Assembly (NCBI GenBank): GCA_002719295.1
Contig: PBHC01000012.1
Location: 1-64,000, forward strand
Direction of reading: 5' to 3'
Length of the DNA: 64,000 nucleotides
Source of the DNA: Chloroflexota bacterium
Lineage (GTDB): Bacteria; Chloroflexota; Dehalococcoidia; Lucifugimonadales; Lucifugimonadaceae
The position numbers and the translations under genes are program-made. The notes beneath the pieces are model-generated. The model had not been told where the DNA came from. It did not search any database and saw only the letters and a program-made list of their open reading frames with translations. Of the stretch, positions 9,854-19,965 are shown piece after piece (the first letter of the stretch is position 1; the number at the start of each line of letters is the position of its first letter).

Positions 9854-10744
9854 TTATCCGAGTCTGCCTTCCCACTCATCTAGATTTTCATAATTTTTTA
9901 TAAAAGAGTTAAATTTTTTTTCAGAATCATCTTTTGGATAGAAATTTAGATATTTTCTTGCTGATTCAAGTGACCAAAATCTTCTTGTGTTATCGCTAAC
10001 TCCATATACAACTAAATATGGGACATCATTTAAATTGCCCTCAACTTTTTCTATAGATACAGCTTTATCAAACAGGTCGCTTAGATCTCTTTGACTGATA
10101 TATGCTCCAAGATGTCGTTTTATATTTTGAATTCCTGTCCCGTTATTATTGCTTATAAACTTATTGTTTTGAATTTTTTCATCTATTTCTCTTGGAAATC
10201 CTATTCTTACATGAATAAATTCCATTTTCCTGCCAAATTTTCCTGATGCGTAAGGAATTGATAAAAGTTCATATGAGGCTTTAGCCCATCCATAAAAATT
10301 ATCAGAATATGGAATCATTTTGGTATTTACCATATCGAGTTTCCTTTCATGGATCTCATTATGTTCATACCAATCTGCAGCATGATTAGATGAGGCAACA
10401 ATAATTCTTTCTACATTGTTTTTATATCCTGCTTTATAAATTTTATTTGCCATGATGACATTTTTATTCTCTTGGTCAAAAGAGCCTATTTCATTATCTA
10501 AGTTATTAGGATCTCGTTCTTTATCAGGTCTTATGTATGCTAAATGAATAATCGAATTATGACCTTTTACTGTTTTTTCTATTTCTGAAATTGAAGATTC
10601 AGATAGGTTTTGTATTATTTTGCTTGATTTAAACTCTTTATTAAAATCAATATCAACTAAAGTAAGTTCAAATTTTTTTTCTAAATGAGGTATTATTCTT
10701 GATGCAACGTATCCGTTTGCTCCTGTAATTAGTACTTTTTTCAA
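9854..10744 (-). CDS. NAD-dependent epimerase/dehydrogenase (extended SDR, uronate dehydrogenase-like)
   Basis: TGANGYVA, ASSNHA, YGWAK (YxxxK), RIG, SQRD. Confidence 0.8.
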   Translation of the reverse strand: MKKVLITGANGYVASRIIPHLEKKFELTLVDIDFNKEFKSSKIIQNLSESSISEIEKTVKGHNSIIHLAYIRPDKERDPNNLDNEIGSFDQENKNVIMANKIYKAGYKNNVERIIVASSNHAADWYEHNEIHERKLDMVNTKMIPYSDNFYGWAKASYELLSIPYASGKFGRKMEFIHVRIGFPREIDEKIQNNKFISNNNGTGIQNIKRHLGAYISQRDLSDLFDKAVSIEKVEGNLNDVPYLVVYGVSDNTRRFWSLESARKYLNFYPKDDSEKKFNSFIKNYENLDEWEGRLG

Positions 10745-10748
10745 TTTT

Positions 10749-12170
10749 TTATCCGTTGGGTCCTATTTCTAAAATTTTTAAAATAGGATTATTATCTAAA
10801 TTATATATACTATGGTCGCCGTTCTTTTTTAATTCTCCCCAATATAATTTGACCATCATTTCTCTTTGTTTCTTATGTTTTTCTGAGTTTATAAGATTGT
10901 TTATTTCGTCAGGATCAGACTCTAGGTCATAGAATTCATCATAATCAAACCCATTAAAAATATACTTTAAGTTTTTGTACCATAAAACTCTTTGCTTTAA
11001 TTGAAGTCTTGTACCATCATACTCAGAAAAAGATTTATCTATGGTGTTAACTTCATCAGTACAAAGAATTTTTTTGAAAGATTCTGAGTCAATATTTCTT
11101 ATTTCTTTTTGATCTAATAAATCTAGTATTGTAGGGCATAAATCCATACTTGATACCAAATCATTTGATAATTTATCTTTTTTTATTTCTGGCCCTGAAA
11201 TAATCATAGGTATTCGGTAGATTTCTTCAAATGCACATAGATTTTTAGCGTATATACCGTGTGATGATAAAGCTTCACCATGATCTGAAGTAAAAATAAT
11301 AATAGTATTGTCTAATTCTCCTTTTTCTTCTAGTACATCTATTATCTTTCCATATTCATGATCTATTTCTGTGACCATTGCATAATAATTTCTTATTGAC
11401 TCTATATGATCTTGTTTTGTCATATTTTCAAAAACTTTTTTACCTCTTTTATAAATATTGGGTTTGTCATGGAAATCATCATTAAATGACTTAGGCAATT
11501 CTAATTCAATATTTTCATACATATCGTAGAACTTTTTAGTAGATATAAAAGGATCGTGTGGTTCTATTACAGATGCAAAACAAGCCCAAGGTTTATCTCC
11601 CTTTTCTTTATTTATGAATTCTTTTGCTCTTTGGGATACTAGCCCTACAACTCTTTCTTCAGTATCCATATTTGAAACCCCATAGAAAGGCGTGTTTTTG
11701 TATCCAGGAGGGTTATCTATAAATAGATGAGGCATACTTTTATCTATACTATCTTTATGTTTTTTATTTGCATTAATATACTCAGTTGAAGCTCCATCCT
11801 GAAGTTCGTATTCATTCCATCCAAACTCTTTTAGATTATTTGTTCTTTCAACGTGCCATTTCCCGTAATAAGCAGTATTGTAACCATCTTCTCTGAGTCT
11901 TTGAGCCCAATGCTCTTTTTCTGTTCTTAAGTTTGACTGATCCTGGTCAACAGTATGTGTAACAGTTGTAACACCATGATTATGAGGTAATAATCCTGTC
12001 ATTATGCTAGCTCTTGCTGGTGAACAAACAGGATTTGCTGTATGGGCCCTGTTAAATTTAACCCCTTTTTCTGCCAATTTATCCAAATTTGGTGTCAGGC
12101 ATGAATTATTTTCATCTAGTACTTGGCCGTGCATTTGGTCAACCATCAAGAAAAGTAAGTTTTTTTTCAT
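10749..12170 (-). CDS. Cys-type formylglycine-dependent sulfatase, no signal peptide
   Basis: NLLFLMVDQ, CSPARAS..TG (CxPxR), GKWH, PHDP, SDHG. Confidence 0.92.
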   Translation of the reverse strand: MKKNLLFLMVDQMHGQVLDENNSCLTPNLDKLAEKGVKFNRAHTANPVCSPARASIMTGLLPHNHGVTTVTHTVDQDQSNLRTEKEHWAQRLREDGYNTAYYGKWHVERTNNLKEFGWNEYELQDGASTEYINANKKHKDSIDKSMPHLFIDNPPGYKNTPFYGVSNMDTEERVVGLVSQRAKEFINKEKGDKPWACFASVIEPHDPFISTKKFYDMYENIELELPKSFNDDFHDKPNIYKRGKKVFENMTKQDHIESIRNYYAMVTEIDHEYGKIIDVLEEKGELDNTIIIFTSDHGEALSSHGIYAKNLCAFEEIYRIPMIISGPEIKKDKLSNDLVSSMDLCPTILDLLDQKEIRNIDSESFKKILCTDEVNTIDKSFSEYDGTRLQLKQRVLWYKNLKYIFNGFDYDEFYDLESDPDEINNLINSEKHKKQREMMVKLYWGELKKNGDHSIYNLDNNPILKILEIGPNG

Positions 12171-12180
12171 AAGAACCTTC

Positions 12181-13308
12181 TTAAATAAATGGCTTTATTT
12201 TTTCAAAATTCCCACCAACAATTTCTTTAGATTCAATGGATAGCCAGTCTTCTAAAATATCAGAGTATAGGCCTCTGAAATCAAAGTTAAATTTAAGGTC
12301 TCCTTCGACTCTTTCGCTTGGATCTAAAGAAGGATATTCATTATAATGCCCACCTTTTACACTTTCTCCAATTAAAAAAGATACTCCTCCAGATCCATGA
12401 TCTGTACCAGTACCATTATCATCAATTCTTCTTCCGAATTCAGAGAAAATAAACACTAATACCTCTTTCCCTTTATTGTGTTCCTTCAAATCTTCAAAAA
12501 AAGAACTCAATGCATCTGAAAGTTGTTGCCATAAATATTCTTGTAAAACAACCTCATTTGTATGAGTATCGAATCCGCCATGGTTTACATAGAATATTCT
12601 AGTACCAAAATTTGCAAAATGGACCTGTGCTACACCTTTTAATTGCTTTGCTATGTTTGTATCTGGATATTCTATGTTTGATTTATAAAGCTTTGGGGCT
12701 TCATTTATAATATCTATACCTTTAGCAGCATCTAATCCTGTTTTACCTAAGTAATTCATAGTAAAGTCGTTTCCTATAACAGGACTGTAGAATCTTTTAA
12801 AAGTATCCATTGCTTTTGTTTTGTTTGCTTCATCTGAAATTGATGTAAAGAGTCCATAGTTATCTATATCACCAACTGAAGTAACAGGGACATCAGGAGC
12901 TACTAAAGCTCTAGGTAAATATTCACTGAAATTAACTGCAGTTACTACATTATCTCCACTTGGATCTATATCTTTTATTGCTTGGCCAAGCCATCCTTTT
13001 GACCCAACTTTGTTTGGTTCAGCTGTGTGCCAAATATCCATAGATCTAAAATGCGATCTGTTTGGAGTTGGATATCCAACTCCATGAATAATAGCCAAGT
13101 TGCCTTCTTCATAGAATTTTTTCATTATTCCCATACCTGGATTTAGTCCAAGTTTATTATCTAATGGGATAATTTCTTCATCTTTTAACATTATGTTTTT
13201 TCTAGAGTCTCTATATATAGGGTTTTCCCATGGAACGATACAATTTAAATAGTCATTCCCTCCAGAAAGCTGGATAGTTACTAGTACTTTTTCATCATTT
13301 GATATCAT
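12181..13308 (-). CDS. DUF1501-domain protein
   Basis: IQLSGGND, GVGYP.PNRSHFRS, GFDTH, SEFGRR, GTDHG. Confidence 0.88.
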   Translation of the reverse strand: MISNDEKVLVTIQLSGGNDYLNCIVPWENPIYRDSRKNIMLKDEEIIPLDNKLGLNPGMGIMKKFYEEGNLAIIHGVGYPTPNRSHFRSMDIWHTAEPNKVGSKGWLGQAIKDIDPSGDNVVTAVNFSEYLPRALVAPDVPVTSVGDIDNYGLFTSISDEANKTKAMDTFKRFYSPVIGNDFTMNYLGKTGLDAAKGIDIINEAPKLYKSNIEYPDTNIAKQLKGVAQVHFANFGTRIFYVNHGGFDTHTNEVVLQEYLWQQLSDALSSFFEDLKEHNKGKEVLVFIFSEFGRRIDDNGTGTDHGSGGVSFLIGESVKGGHYNEYPSLDPSERVEGDLKFNFDFRGLYSDILEDWLSIESKEIVGGNFEKIKPFI

Positions 13309-13317
13309 AAGTTTCTC

Positions 13318-14328
13318 CTAATTTATCTTATATACCTGAATTCTATTTCTATTTGAGTCTAGTATTAGTAGATTTTGGTTGTTATCTACTATTACCGAGG
13401 TTGGGTCCCAAAAGTAGGACTCTATTCTTGCAGATTCTTCATGAGGTTCAACTTCATCTATTGGAATAACTGGAACAAATGATTCTCTTGCTTTTTTTTC
13501 ATCCATATTTGCATTTATATATTCTTTTGCCCATTCTGAAAGAGTTGACTCCCCTCTTAAGAAACCGCAATAATCAAAGTTTTCATCATAAATTTGAATT
13601 TTTTGATTTCCCCAATCACAAACATAATAAAATCCTTTATCATCTTGAGTAACATCTGAAGGTCTAAATAACTCTCCCTCTTTTGTTCCTGATTTACCAA
13701 ATTGATCTAAAAAATTTCCGTCTTTATCAAATATTTGAATTCTATCATTTCGCCAATCGGCAACGAGCACTTTTTCATTTATGATTTTGATTCCCCATGG
13801 TTTATCGAATTCACCAGGTTTATCACCTTCTTTACCCCAAGTCTTAACAAAATCACCTTCTGTAGTCATAACTTGAACTCTATTATTTAAATTGTCTGTT
13901 ATGTAAAGTAAATCATTTGCGTCGCTAGTTATTCCTGATGGAAAGTTTAATTGTCCTTCTTTTTCACCCTTAACCCCCCAGCGTTTTACAAAATCACCTT
14001 CAGGCGTGAAAATTGAAACAGTATGAGTATACTCATCGGTAACATAAACATTGTCTTTTGAGTCGAATGTTAATGAACAAGGCCAATATAATTCACCTGG
14101 ATTTTTTCCAAATTTAGAAAATTCTCCAAAATAATTATTTTCAATATCTAGCATTGAAATTCTTAGTCCTACAGTATGAAATGCACCACTTCTATTTACA
14201 ACATATACTTTGTTTTTACTATTTATAGCTAGGTCTCTTGGTAAATGAAAACCTCTACCTCCTACATCTGCTGTAAATCCTACTGAATGGGTATATTGAA
14301 TTTTAACTTTCTCGTTAAGCTTTTTCAT
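13318..14328 (-). CDS. NHL-repeat beta-propeller protein
   Basis: Repeated G.xG..PG.F..P.GI....D..N.RIQ.F units. Confidence 0.88.
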   Translation of the reverse strand: MKKLNEKVKIQYTHSVGFTADVGGRGFHLPRDLAINSKNKVYVVNRSGAFHTVGLRISMLDIENNYFGEFSKFGKNPGELYWPCSLTFDSKDNVYVTDEYTHTVSIFTPEGDFVKRWGVKGEKEGQLNFPSGITSDANDLLYITDNLNNRVQVMTTEGDFVKTWGKEGDKPGEFDKPWGIKIINEKVLVADWRNDRIQIFDKDGNFLDQFGKSGTKEGELFRPSDVTQDDKGFYYVCDWGNQKIQIYDENFDYCGFLRGESTLSEWAKEYINANMDEKKARESFVPVIPIDEVEPHEESARIESYFWDPTSVIVDNNQNLLILDSNRNRIQVYKIN

Positions 14329-15728
14329 TATGTCATTTGAAATTCTCTGGAAGAAGAGATTAATTTAATAATAATCGAAACAGATTCTTTATTCAGCTCA
14401 ATAGAATCGTCATTTATATGATCTGACAGAGCATCTATAGTGCTTGAATGAAGGTTAATATATCCTAACTCTTCTAGGCAAATTTCTAAAATATTTTCTT
14501 TATTAGGGTCTTTAGATAAAATATTTTTAATTACTTTTTTTTCAGTATTACCTAAGAAATCAGCAGCAAAATTAATTCGTTCTACTACAGATCCTGTATT
14601 TATCCATTCTTCTCCGCCTTGCCATCCTTCGACTGAAGTAGGATTTAGTAATGGTTGCCCCATTAATCCTGAGCTAATAGTTGCTTGGTAAACTTCTTCG
14701 GAAGGAATCTCAAATCCTCCTGATAACCTTACAGCATTAACTACTAATTCTGCTGGACTTTTTATCCTATTGTTAATTATCTGTTCGTTTCTAAAGTATT
14801 TTGACTTAAATAAATCTCTAAGAATTTCTTTGATATTATAGGAATGTTTAAAGTAGGACTTAACTATAAAATTGATAGCATCTTCGTCTAATGGTTTTTT
14901 ATGTGGCCACTGAGGAACAGGCAATTCATCTTTTATGAAAAAATGATATAAATGTCTTGCTATATATCTTGCTGTTGATTCTTGTTTGCATATGATTTTT
15001 ATTACATCTTCCCCGTTAAAATTACCTTTTTCACCTAAAAATTCTTTTTCACCAAAATCATGATCATTTTGATCGAACTTAAATTGCCATGCAACGTAAT
15101 TATATGGTCTTGCTGTGTTATTACGCATCTTTATAGACATGTATGGCATGTTTTCAACTGTCCAGCCTGTGAAAGCTCTTGAACATTCTTTTATATCTTG
15201 TTCTGAGTAAGATCCGACACCCATAGAAAACAATTCTAAAATTTCTCTTCCATAATTTTCATTTATGTTAGTTTTATGATTATCTTGATTATCTAACCAC
15301 ATGATCATTGCAGGATCTTTAGATAATTGAATAAGAATATTTTCAAAACTACCTAATCCATGGTCTCTGAACATCTCTACTTGAGATGTCATTACTTTTC
15401 CTTGAATAAGCTTGTGTTGCCCTGTTGCGAATAATCTATGCCAAAATAATGCCATTTTTTCGTCAAAAGGAAACTTTGAATGAGCTAATCTGTACATCCA
15501 AAAAGCTCCTGAGCTATTTACACTTCTTACGTCAGAAAGATCTATTTGATATCGTCTTAATAAGTCTTTAGGAACAGGATTTTTATCTTCATTATCTAGC
15601 AAGAAATCTACAGCATCTTCAAAGTTTTTTTCAGATAAGAAATCTATTTCTTCTCTTGATCCTCCAAAGCAAACTCTTCTTAATAAGTGTGCAATTTCTT
15701 CTTGTTTAGTTTTATTTTTCGTTGTCAT
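14328..15728 (-). CDS. DUF1800-domain protein
   Basis: AHLLRR..FG, EKMALFWH..FAT, DPAM..WLDN, NENYGREILELFSMG, RAFTGW, P.SVEGW. Confidence 0.9.
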   Translation of the reverse strand: MTTKNKTKQEEIAHLLRRVCFGGSREEIDFLSEKNFEDAVDFLLDNEDKNPVPKDLLRRYQIDLSDVRSVNSSGAFWMYRLAHSKFPFDEKMALFWHRLFATGQHKLIQGKVMTSQVEMFRDHGLGSFENILIQLSKDPAMIMWLDNQDNHKTNINENYGREILELFSMGVGSYSEQDIKECSRAFTGWTVENMPYMSIKMRNNTARPYNYVAWQFKFDQNDHDFGEKEFLGEKGNFNGEDVIKIICKQESTARYIARHLYHFFIKDELPVPQWPHKKPLDEDAINFIVKSYFKHSYNIKEILRDLFKSKYFRNEQIINNRIKSPAELVVNAVRLSGGFEIPSEEVYQATISSGLMGQPLLNPTSVEGWQGGEEWINTGSVVERINFAADFLGNTEKKVIKNILSKDPNKENILEICLEELGYINLHSSTIDALSDHINDDSIELNKESVSIIIKLISSSREFQMT

Positions 15729-15927
15729 TACTCAATTTCTTCTTTGCCAATAAAGTTTTTCTTAGCTTGATCCTTGCTGAATAAACAATTATCAAAGCAG
15801 CTAATATTGGAAGCCATCTTGATACCATTCCTTCTTCTATTCCAAAGCTTCCTAAAATCAATCTTATTATAAAAGAAATTATTAAAAGTGCACCAATTTC
15901 TAATAACATTATTTGCAATCTACTCAT
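15712..15927 (-). CDS. Small two-TM membrane protein, 71 aa (MSRLQIMLLEIG...), shorter than the ORF-track call
   Basis: ATG at 15927 preceded by AAGGAG; two hydrophobic helices and a basic tail; fills the gap between HMA and DUF1800 genes. Confidence 0.7.
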   Translation of the reverse strand: MSRLQIMLLEIGALLIISFIIRLILGSFGIEEGMVSRWLPILAALIIVYSARIKLRKTLLAKKKLSNDNEK

Positions 15928-15941
15928 TTTTTTCTCCTTAA

Positions 15942-16661
15942 TTAAATTATATTTCTTGATATGTAATATGTCGCCATTAAACACATGGATAAATTTTCTA
16001 TTATTGTAAGATTTGATAGAGGAATATTGAAAGATGTTCCTAGGCAAGCACAATTAACATTCTGATTATTTCTTAGTTTATTAAATATCCCAAAAGTTTG
16101 AGGAATTAGGATAAACAATGTTGCTACATTAGAAAATAATAAGAAAGATCCTGATAGAAAAAAAACACCTAAAATTAATTCTATAAAAGGATATATTATT
16201 CCGAATCTAAAGAACTTTTTTGTAATTGGGTCATAATTAGAAAAAGAAATAGCAAATTGTTTAATATTTTGTAATTTCAAAAAAGAAAAAATAATGAAAA
16301 AGAATCCCATAAAAAATCTCATGAATCCATTAATTGTATTTTCAGAATTGTTAAATGAAATTACAGTTAGTAAAAGGACAAGCCCTAAAGTTATAAAAAT
16401 TGGTTTGTAAGTACTAAAGTAACTTATAATTATATTTTTTCCTTTTGTTGAATTTTTTGAAACTGTATAGTCTCCTACAGGACTTAATATCTTATTAAGT
16501 TCTGCAATTTCGTAATCTTTAATAGAAACGACTACCAAGCTTCCATCTTCCAAAGTAACAATAGCTTCAGAAATATTATCTTCTAGCTCAAGTTTTGTTT
16601 TAATTGTAGAAACACATCCTTCGCAGGTCATTCCGTCTATTTTAAATTTATATTTATTCAT
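15942..16661 (-). CDS. Heavy-metal-associated (HMA) domain fused to MauE/DoxX-like membrane domain
   Basis: N-terminal GMTCEGC; TM region with YPFIEL and NCACLG. Confidence 0.8.
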   Translation of the reverse strand: MNKYKFKIDGMTCEGCVSTIKTKLELEDNISEAIVTLEDGSLVVVSIKDYEIAELNKILSPVGDYTVSKNSTKGKNIIISYFSTYKPIFITLGLVLLLTVISFNNSENTINGFMRFFMGFFFIIFSFLKLQNIKQFAISFSNYDPITKKFFRFGIIYPFIELILGVFFLSGSFLLFSNVATLFILIPQTFGIFNKLRNNQNVNCACLGTSFNIPLSNLTIIENLSMCLMATYYISRNII

Positions 16662-16670
16662 TATTTTTTA

Positions 16671-17945
16671 TTAAAAGTCTGTATTGCACCATGGTTTTTG
16701 TTCTACGAAAAACATTTTTGTTAATTCTCTGAGAGAGTTATGATTTTCTACGTCTATATTTCCTGCTTGAAAATGTTCACCAGGAGAAGTTCCTCCAAAG
16801 TATATTGAACTTAGATCTGAAGGTCTCATAAAAATATCTGGTTTCTTTTTTACTTTTTTTACTTCAGTGTTATTGCCATCTGTTTCAATTAAATAAGTAC
16901 CTTCAATATCCTGTTGATTTTGACCTGTAATACTAATTGTCATATTCCCTTTATAGTTATACGTCCTACTTTCAAGCATTTTTATAGGATCAATTATCCT
17001 GACCCATAATCCATCAATGGTATCTCTTTTTAATTTTCTTGGGTTTTCCAACATCAAGTAAAGAGGATCACTTGGAGCTCTTCTATTAAAAGTGATTTCT
17101 TCAACTAATTCGACACCAAAAATATAGTGCCATAAAGCGTTATTAGTTTCTCTGTCTATTGATATTATCTCTTCAACTCTTAGCGTCCCTTTATCATCTT
17201 CGTGGGCAACTCCAGATTCTTTATCAAAATTATAAAATGCATACCCTGAAGGTTTATTATCTTTGTAGGCTATTACAAAAAAGAAACCACTGTTTCCGGA
17301 TTTGTTATACATTGTTTGGTCATCTTCATAAAGCATGTAATTCCAATATCCTTGAGTCCTATCAGTTGCGCCATTTTGACATTTACTAAATATGTCATAA
17401 ATTTTTGGAATTTCCTTTAATGCTGTATTTTTATCTACTAATTCAAATCTAATTGAATCATTTTTTGGTTTTGATAAATTGGAATGGTTTGAATTTATTG
17501 ACCAGTCTTCTCTGATTGTTGCAAGGCCGTATCCAAATCTACTGTAAAGCAATGATTGAGATGCCCATAAACCTGATATTGAATCTCCTCTTTCTTTTGC
17601 TTGTGAATGAAGTTTTTTCATCATAGAAGAAAAAATACCTTTTCGTTTATGAGTTGGCAGGGTACCCATAAAAGCTATGCCTGCCATGCTTAAACTATTT
17701 CCGCCTGGAATAGTCATGGAATAATTATCTGCTCCTCCTGTTCCTACAATTTTACCTATCTCTGTATCGAATGCAGCTAATAATCTATCACTTGGTTCAT
17801 TCCAATTATCAAAATCAATCATAAACCTGTCATTGACCATTCTTTTTACAACATCTTTGTTAGGGATGTCTCCAAATACAGTTCTTACGGACTTACGCCA
17901 TTCAAAAACATTTGATTTATCTACAGGTATAATTTTTACTGACAT
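16671..17945 (-). CDS. Eis-family GNAT acetyltransferase with C-terminal SCP2-like domain
   Basis: PTHKRKG acetyl-CoA loop, LWASQSLLYSRFGYG, DGLWVRIID, C-terminal PWCNTDF. Confidence 0.82.
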   Translation of the reverse strand: MSVKIIPVDKSNVFEWRKSVRTVFGDIPNKDVVKRMVNDRFMIDFDNWNEPSDRLLAAFDTEIGKIVGTGGADNYSMTIPGGNSLSMAGIAFMGTLPTHKRKGIFSSMMKKLHSQAKERGDSISGLWASQSLLYSRFGYGLATIREDWSINSNHSNLSKPKNDSIRFELVDKNTALKEIPKIYDIFSKCQNGATDRTQGYWNYMLYEDDQTMYNKSGNSGFFFVIAYKDNKPSGYAFYNFDKESGVAHEDDKGTLRVEEIISIDRETNNALWHYIFGVELVEEITFNRRAPSDPLYLMLENPRKLKRDTIDGLWVRIIDPIKMLESRTYNYKGNMTISITGQNQQDIEGTYLIETDGNNTEVKKVKKKPDIFMRPSDLSSIYFGGTSPGEHFQAGNIDVENHNSLRELTKMFFVEQKPWCNTDF

Positions 17946-17946
17946 T

Positions 17947-19965
17947 TTATTTTTTCCTAAGTGCTTCTTTTCCTGCTTTAAGTGTTTCTATAATTTTATC
18001 GACATCATAAACACATCCACCCCAAGTTCCTCCGCTAACATCCTGTAAAGCTGCCCATAATCTCGTGTCGTCAGGTAAATTTTTGTTAGCTTTAATTTCT
18101 AAAGATGCGTCTCTTTGACTAAACTCTTTATCTCCCCAATCTTTTCCTTTATTTTCACCATCTTCTCCGACTAGATTAATTGAACCTATTAATTTCTTTG
18201 TATCAATAATTATCTCTATCAAATCTCCTTCTTTAAGTAATCCAATAGGACCACCTGCAAGAGCTTCAGGCCCAATATGACCAATACATGCTCCTGTTGA
18301 AACTCCAGAAAATCTTGCATCAGTAAGTAAGGCTATTTCTTTACCATATGATAAGTGTTTTAAAGCAGCTGTAATTTGGTATGTCTCTTCCATTCCTGTT
18401 CCGTTAGGTCCCCCACAAATTATTACTAGTATTTCGCCTCTTTTCAATTTATCTGGACCTGTAGATTTTATGGATCTCATAGCATCATTTTCAGAGTTAA
18501 AAACTCTTGCATAACCAGTATTTCTATAAACTCCATCATCATCAATTACCTCAGGATCAATAGCCGTAGACTTAATTACTGATCCTTCGGGAGCAATATT
18601 TCCTAATGGAAAAGTTACTGTTGAAGTAAGGCCTTTTAGAGTTGCATTAGATTTACTCATTATTACATTATTAGGATCAACTTTATCATTTTCAGAAAGG
18701 AAATTTCTTACATATTTTCTTCTATCTGATTCCTCCCACCATTCTAAGTTTTCCCTTAATGTTTTTCCTGTTGCAGTAAGTACATCTAAATTTAATAAGC
18801 CTAATTTTTTTAAGTTCAACATTACTTCTGGTACGCCTCCTGCTGCATAAAATTGTGCAGTAGGATGTCCAACAGGGCCATTAGGCAGAACATCAACTAA
18901 CCTTGGAACGTAACTATTAACTCTTGCCCAATCTTCAACGTTCATTCTTTTTCTTCCTACTGCATGGGCAATAGCAGGTAAATGAAGCAATAGATTTGTT
19001 GACCCTCCACATGCTGCATGAAGCACCATAGCATTTTCAAATGCTTTGTCGGTAAGTATTTGATCAATAGTTATATTTTTATTTTCTAAATTCATCAAAG
19101 CCTTTGCAGATCTTTTTGCATTATTGGTCCAAGCAGGAGTACCACTTGGAGTGCAAGCAGAATGAGTTAATGCGATTCCTAGAGATTCAGCTATAACTTG
19201 AGAAGTTCCTGCTGTTCCTAAAAACTGACAACCTCCTCCTGGTGAGGCACAAGCTCTACAACCCATATCTTGAGCATATTCGAGAGAGATTTCACCTTGA
19301 GCAAATCTTGCTCCAATAGATTGAATTTTTCCTGCATCTTCACCGTTTTTGGGAGCTAAAGTTGATCCCCCGGGCACTATTATTGAAGGTTTATTTTTCA
19401 TACCAGCTAGAGCCATCATCATTGCAGGTAAGCCTTTGTCACATGACGCTATTCCCATAACAGCTTTTGCAGTAGGCAAAGATCTTGCTATTCTTCTAAA
19501 TACCTTTGCCGCATCATTTCTGTATGGTAAAGAATCAAACATCCCAGTCGTTCCTTGGGTTCGTCCATCACAAGGATCAGAACAATATGCTGAAAAAGGC
19601 AATCCTCCCATTTCATTTATGGTGTTTGCTGCATTTTCAACTAAAGATGATAATTCCCAATGACCTGTATGAAAACCTAATGCTATTGGCTCTCCGTCTT
19701 TATTTTTTAATCCTCCGCTAGTAGAAAGAATTAAAAATTGCTTTCTTAGCAATTCACTTGGATTCCATCCCATTCCAGCATTTTGAGTTAACCCAAAATG
19801 GTTACCACTAGGTTCATTAATTAATATTTCTGGTGTAAAAGGAATACTTCCAGAAGGACCATCCGCATGCGTTTGAATTTTATATGTCGCTTCTGAACTT
19901 CCTTCAATAATGTCTAAAAATGAGACATTTAAATTTTTATCTGATACCACATTCTCTCCGATCAT
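17947..19965 (-). CDS. YjhG/YagF-family sugar-acid (D-xylonate-type) dehydratase, IlvD/Edd superfamily
   Basis: ALGFHTGHWE, SDPCDGRTQG, CDKGLP, SPGGGCQF, GGSTN, TDARFSGVSTG. Confidence 0.88.
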   Translation of the reverse strand: MIGENVVSDKNLNVSFLDIIEGSSEATYKIQTHADGPSGSIPFTPEILINEPSGNHFGLTQNAGMGWNPSELLRKQFLILSTSGGLKNKDGEPIALGFHTGHWELSSLVENAANTINEMGGLPFSAYCSDPCDGRTQGTTGMFDSLPYRNDAAKVFRRIARSLPTAKAVMGIASCDKGLPAMMMALAGMKNKPSIIVPGGSTLAPKNGEDAGKIQSIGARFAQGEISLEYAQDMGCRACASPGGGCQFLGTAGTSQVIAESLGIALTHSACTPSGTPAWTNNAKRSAKALMNLENKNITIDQILTDKAFENAMVLHAACGGSTNLLLHLPAIAHAVGRKRMNVEDWARVNSYVPRLVDVLPNGPVGHPTAQFYAAGGVPEVMLNLKKLGLLNLDVLTATGKTLRENLEWWEESDRRKYVRNFLSENDKVDPNNVIMSKSNATLKGLTSTVTFPLGNIAPEGSVIKSTAIDPEVIDDDGVYRNTGYARVFNSENDAMRSIKSTGPDKLKRGEILVIICGGPNGTGMEETYQITAALKHLSYGKEIALLTDARFSGVSTGACIGHIGPEALAGGPIGLLKEGDLIEIIIDTKKLIGSINLVGEDGENKGKDWGDKEFSQRDASLEIKANKNLPDDTRLWAALQDVSGGTWGGCVYDVDKIIETLKAGKEALRKK

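Noticed and set aside
13318..14328. Repetitive units resembling a DNA repeat array
   Set aside because: Repetition is at protein level (NHL blades); no identical nucleotide repeats with spacers, and no cas genes
15928..16053. N-terminal 42 aa of the 113-aa ORF-track call
   Set aside because: Overlaps the HMA gene; the ATG at 15927 has a strong SD
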